Sequence record: DRR378314_409
Length of the DNA: 64,000 bases
Direction: 5' to 3' (one strand)
Shown here: piece by piece, positions 61,742 through 64,000 of the stretch
Layout of the letters: every line of letters starts with the position of its first letter
How positions within the stretch are numbered: position 1 is the stretch's first letter
Made by a program: the position numbers and the translations under genes
Notes under the pieces: generated by a model
Databases searched by the model: none
What the model was told of the DNA's origin: nothing
Seen by the model: only the letters and a program-made list of their open reading frames with translations

Positions 61742-62236
61742 ATGAAACTGGATCTGACACCTCTCTCAAAAGAAGCTTTCGCCCCATATGGTGATGTGAT
61801 CGAAACCGCCGGTAGTGATTTCTTTCCGATCAATAACGGCTCTACCCGGCGCTATCATGATTTGGCTAAGGTGGAAATTCTGGCCAGCGGGCGGGCCTTG
61901 ATCAATATTTTTCAAGCAACCCCTTTGTCCTATCCTTTATCTGTAAAAATGGTGGAGCGGCATCCGTTGGGAAGTCAGGCGTTCATTCCGCTTGGAAGCA
62001 ACCCTTATCTGGTTCTGGTTGCCAAAGCAGCCGAGGATGTGAGGCCCAACGATTTACAGGCCTTTATCGCCACAGCAGATCAAGGTGTGAATTATCACGC
62101 TGGCACCTGGCATCACCCGGTCCTTGCGCTTGAAGGTGTGAGTGATTTTCTTGTGGTTGATCGCGGTGGAGAAGGGCATAACTGTGATGAATTTTTCTTT
62201 GCAGATGACGTGCAGATCCTGCTGGACCGCCCTTAG
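61742..62236 (+). CDS. allA: Ureidoglycolate lyase
   Basis: FAPYGDVI, IN.G...R.HD, ERHPLGSQAF, QGVNY..G.WH, VVDR. Confidence 0.93.
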   Translation: MKLDLTPLSKEAFAPYGDVIETAGSDFFPINNGSTRRYHDLAKVEILASGRALINIFQATPLSYPLSVKMVERHPLGSQAFIPLGSNPYLVLVAKAAEDVRPNDLQAFIATADQGVNYHAGTWHHPVLALEGVSDFLVVDRGGEGHNCDEFFFADDVQILLDRP

Positions 62237-62239
62237 GAT

Positions 62240-63007
62240 CTATCGCTTCAGATAATAGATATAGCTGTAAAGCGGGCCTTGAAATCCTTGTTTTTGCCAA
62301 AATCCGGTCCCTTTGTGATTGTCTCCGACAACTTGTAGATAAGCAATTTTGATTTGATCCTTAGCCCCCTCCGCGAGGAGGGTGTTGAGGATCCGTGTGG
62401 CCAGGCCTTGTCTTTGATACGCTGGATCGGTGGCAAATTCGAACAGACCCATCAGCCCATCCCCATAGGTTGCCATGCCAACCGCGATGGCCCTGGTCCC
62501 TTCATACAGAAATGCAAACCGGGTCTTATAGGTAATGTGATTTAGGTTTTCCCGATAGATCAGGGCTTTGCTGACTGGTTTGTCGGTCAGCAAGCACAAG
62601 TCGGTAAATTGTTTGTCATCCAGGTGATCAGTTAGGAAAACCTGGCGGTCAGCCGCCAAAAAGGTATCGAGTTTTCGGGTTAGAATATCGGTTTCATCCA
62701 GGGGCTTGTAGTTGCGCTCTTCCAATAGCTGTACCAGCCCGGCATCGGCGAGGCTGGTGACGCGAAATACGACCGGCTGTTTGAGGGACCGGTATAGGGT
62801 TTCGCAATGCGCGACCTTATCAGCAAGAGAGAGCTGGCTTGCCTCAGTTCCCGGAAAATTCACAGAGTTGGCCCGTTTCGCCAGATGCTTTGATTGTCGG
62901 ATTAACCAGCCGTCATAAAGGTCTTCACCTTCGCTGGGTAAAGAGTGAAAGGAGTGCTTCTCAATAAGTTCAATCATGACGCTATGCTGTGAATGCGTTA
63001 AGGTCAA
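62240..63007 (-). CDS. GNAT-family acetyltransferase (start may be 62977)
   Basis: DGWL.R....KRANSV; acetyl-CoA motif YQRQGLA; AYLQV...N. Confidence 0.87.
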   Translation of the reverse strand: MTLTHSQHSVMIELIEKHSFHSLPSEGEDLYDGWLIRQSKHLAKRANSVNFPGTEASQLSLADKVAHCETLYRSLKQPVVFRVTSLADAGLVQLLEERNYKPLDETDILTRKLDTFLAADRQVFLTDHLDDKQFTDLCLLTDKPVSKALIYRENLNHITYKTRFAFLYEGTRAIAVGMATYGDGLMGLFEFATDPAYQRQGLATRILNTLLAEGAKDQIKIAYLQVVGDNHKGTGFWQKQGFQGPLYSYIYYLKR

Positions 63008-63044
63008 AAATCATCAATACAGACGGAAAAAGGAAAGCCGTACC

Positions 63045-64000
63045 GTGATTTTTGTTTCAGGATCAGTTTCAAGGATCTGGCTGGCAATAGCAATGCTGTT
63101 GATGGGGCTGGCGGTGAGTTTATTCTATATCTTCGTCGACCTGAAGCCTCAAGTCTCCCCGGATTTCTTCTTTGGATCGGACGATCCGGAAATGGCAGAT
63201 ACACGCGATATTTCTGAAAAATTTCCAGCGGAGGAATTCCTGATTTTAAGGGTGGCTGGACCGTCCATCTATGATGAGACATATCTGAGAGAGCTTGAAA
63301 AACTCACCCTGCGTCTTTCAGACCTGAAAACGTTCAATCGGATCCTTAGTCTGAGCAATGGTCCTGAGAATGTGGCGGAGGCAGCGAAAAGCCCGTTCTG
63401 GAAGCCATTACTCATTGATGAGCGGGGGAATGCTTCTTTTCTGTTGGCGTTTTTACCGCGACAGGTGCCGGACGGCCTGATTGCTGCGGTTGAGGAGATC
63501 GTTGCAGATTTTGAAAACAGGGATGCAATTCAGGGTATCGACATTTCCGGAATGCCTTTTATTGCTGAGCATATCAAGCGCAGCATAGTGCGGGATGCCC
63601 AGCTTTTCAGTCTGACAGGGCTTGTTGTTTTTGGCGCGCTTATTTTTTGGCTTTACCGGTCCTATGCCATCGTGGTGGGGGCGGCGTTTAGCGGTATTTT
63701 TGCGGTGGTTAGCGGGTTGTTGTTTCAATCTTTTCTGGGCCAGCCCGTCGGGATCCTGACCGCCAATCTGGCGATTATCATTTATGTTCTGGTTCAGTCG
63801 CAAGTGATTTACCTGACTAATAACTGGCTTTCCTTGAAAGGTGAAAAAGGGGAACAGGCTGTTTTTACTGCCGTAAAGATGACCTCCGTTCCGGCGCTTT
63901 GGTGTGGAATCACCACCCTATTGGGATTTGTCAGCCTTTTATTTGTCTCCGCCGAACCGCTTCGCCAATTGGGATTGGGTGGATCTGTCGGGGTTGCAGC
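63045..64000 (+). CDS. MMPL/RND-family transporter, 3' end outside window (absent from the ORF track)
   Basis: Hand translation from GTG 63045: TM helix, periplasmic domain (DFFFGSDDP), ISG.PF....I...D, several TM helices, ITTLLGF.SL......PLRQLG. Confidence 0.8.
   Translation, partial: MIFVSGSVSRIWLAIAMLLMGLAVSLFYIFVDLKPQVSPDFFFGSDDPEMADTRDISEKFPAEEFLILRVAGPSIYDETYLRELEKLTLRLSDLKTFNRILSLSNGPENVAEAAKSPFWKPLLIDERGNASFLLAFLPRQVPDGLIAAVEEIVADFENRDAIQGIDISGMPFIAEHIKRSIVRDAQLFSLTGLVVFGALIFWLYRSYAIVVGAAFSGIFAVVSGLLFQSFLGQPVGILTANLAIIIYVLVQSQVIYLTNNWLSLKGEKGEQAVFTAVKMTSVPALWCGITTLLGFVSLLFVSAEPLRQLGLGGSVGVA

Overview
Gene-dense bacterial chromosome segment; gene content suggests an alphaproteobacterium, probably marine (inference). 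No rRNA, tRNA, CRISPR or mobile element was recognised. From left to right: (1) the 3' part of a cadherin/DUF4114/RTX surface protein; (2) an orphan PAS kinase, sufE and a single-chain acyl-CoA carboxylase; (3) a phosphate-starvation/glycerol block (LysR, ugpBAEC with a Pho box, glpK, glpR, olsB with a Pho box); (4) an acetate/short-chain carboxylate locus (ScfR/RamB-family regulator, Tat-exported LIV-type ABC transporter, acs, single-domain receiver, small membrane protein, and an SLC5-STAC histidine kinase broken by one in-frame TAG); (5) miscellaneous enzymes and two tandem receiver-less PAS kinases; (6) a purine-catabolism cluster of about 19 kb (puuD, deaminase, BMP-ABC, xdhABC, NCS2, uraH, GntR, puuE, uraD, alc, allA) containing a group III truncated globin; (7) a GNAT and the start of an MMPL/RND transporter. 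The best candidate for an undescribed system is in block 4. The transcription factor carries an inserted 61-aa pseudo-DHp that aligns without gaps to the DHp of the neighbouring kinase (21/61 identical, phospho-His replaced by Phe). This suggests a kinase -> stand-alone receiver -> pseudo-DHp transcription factor relay in place of a DNA-binding response regulator.
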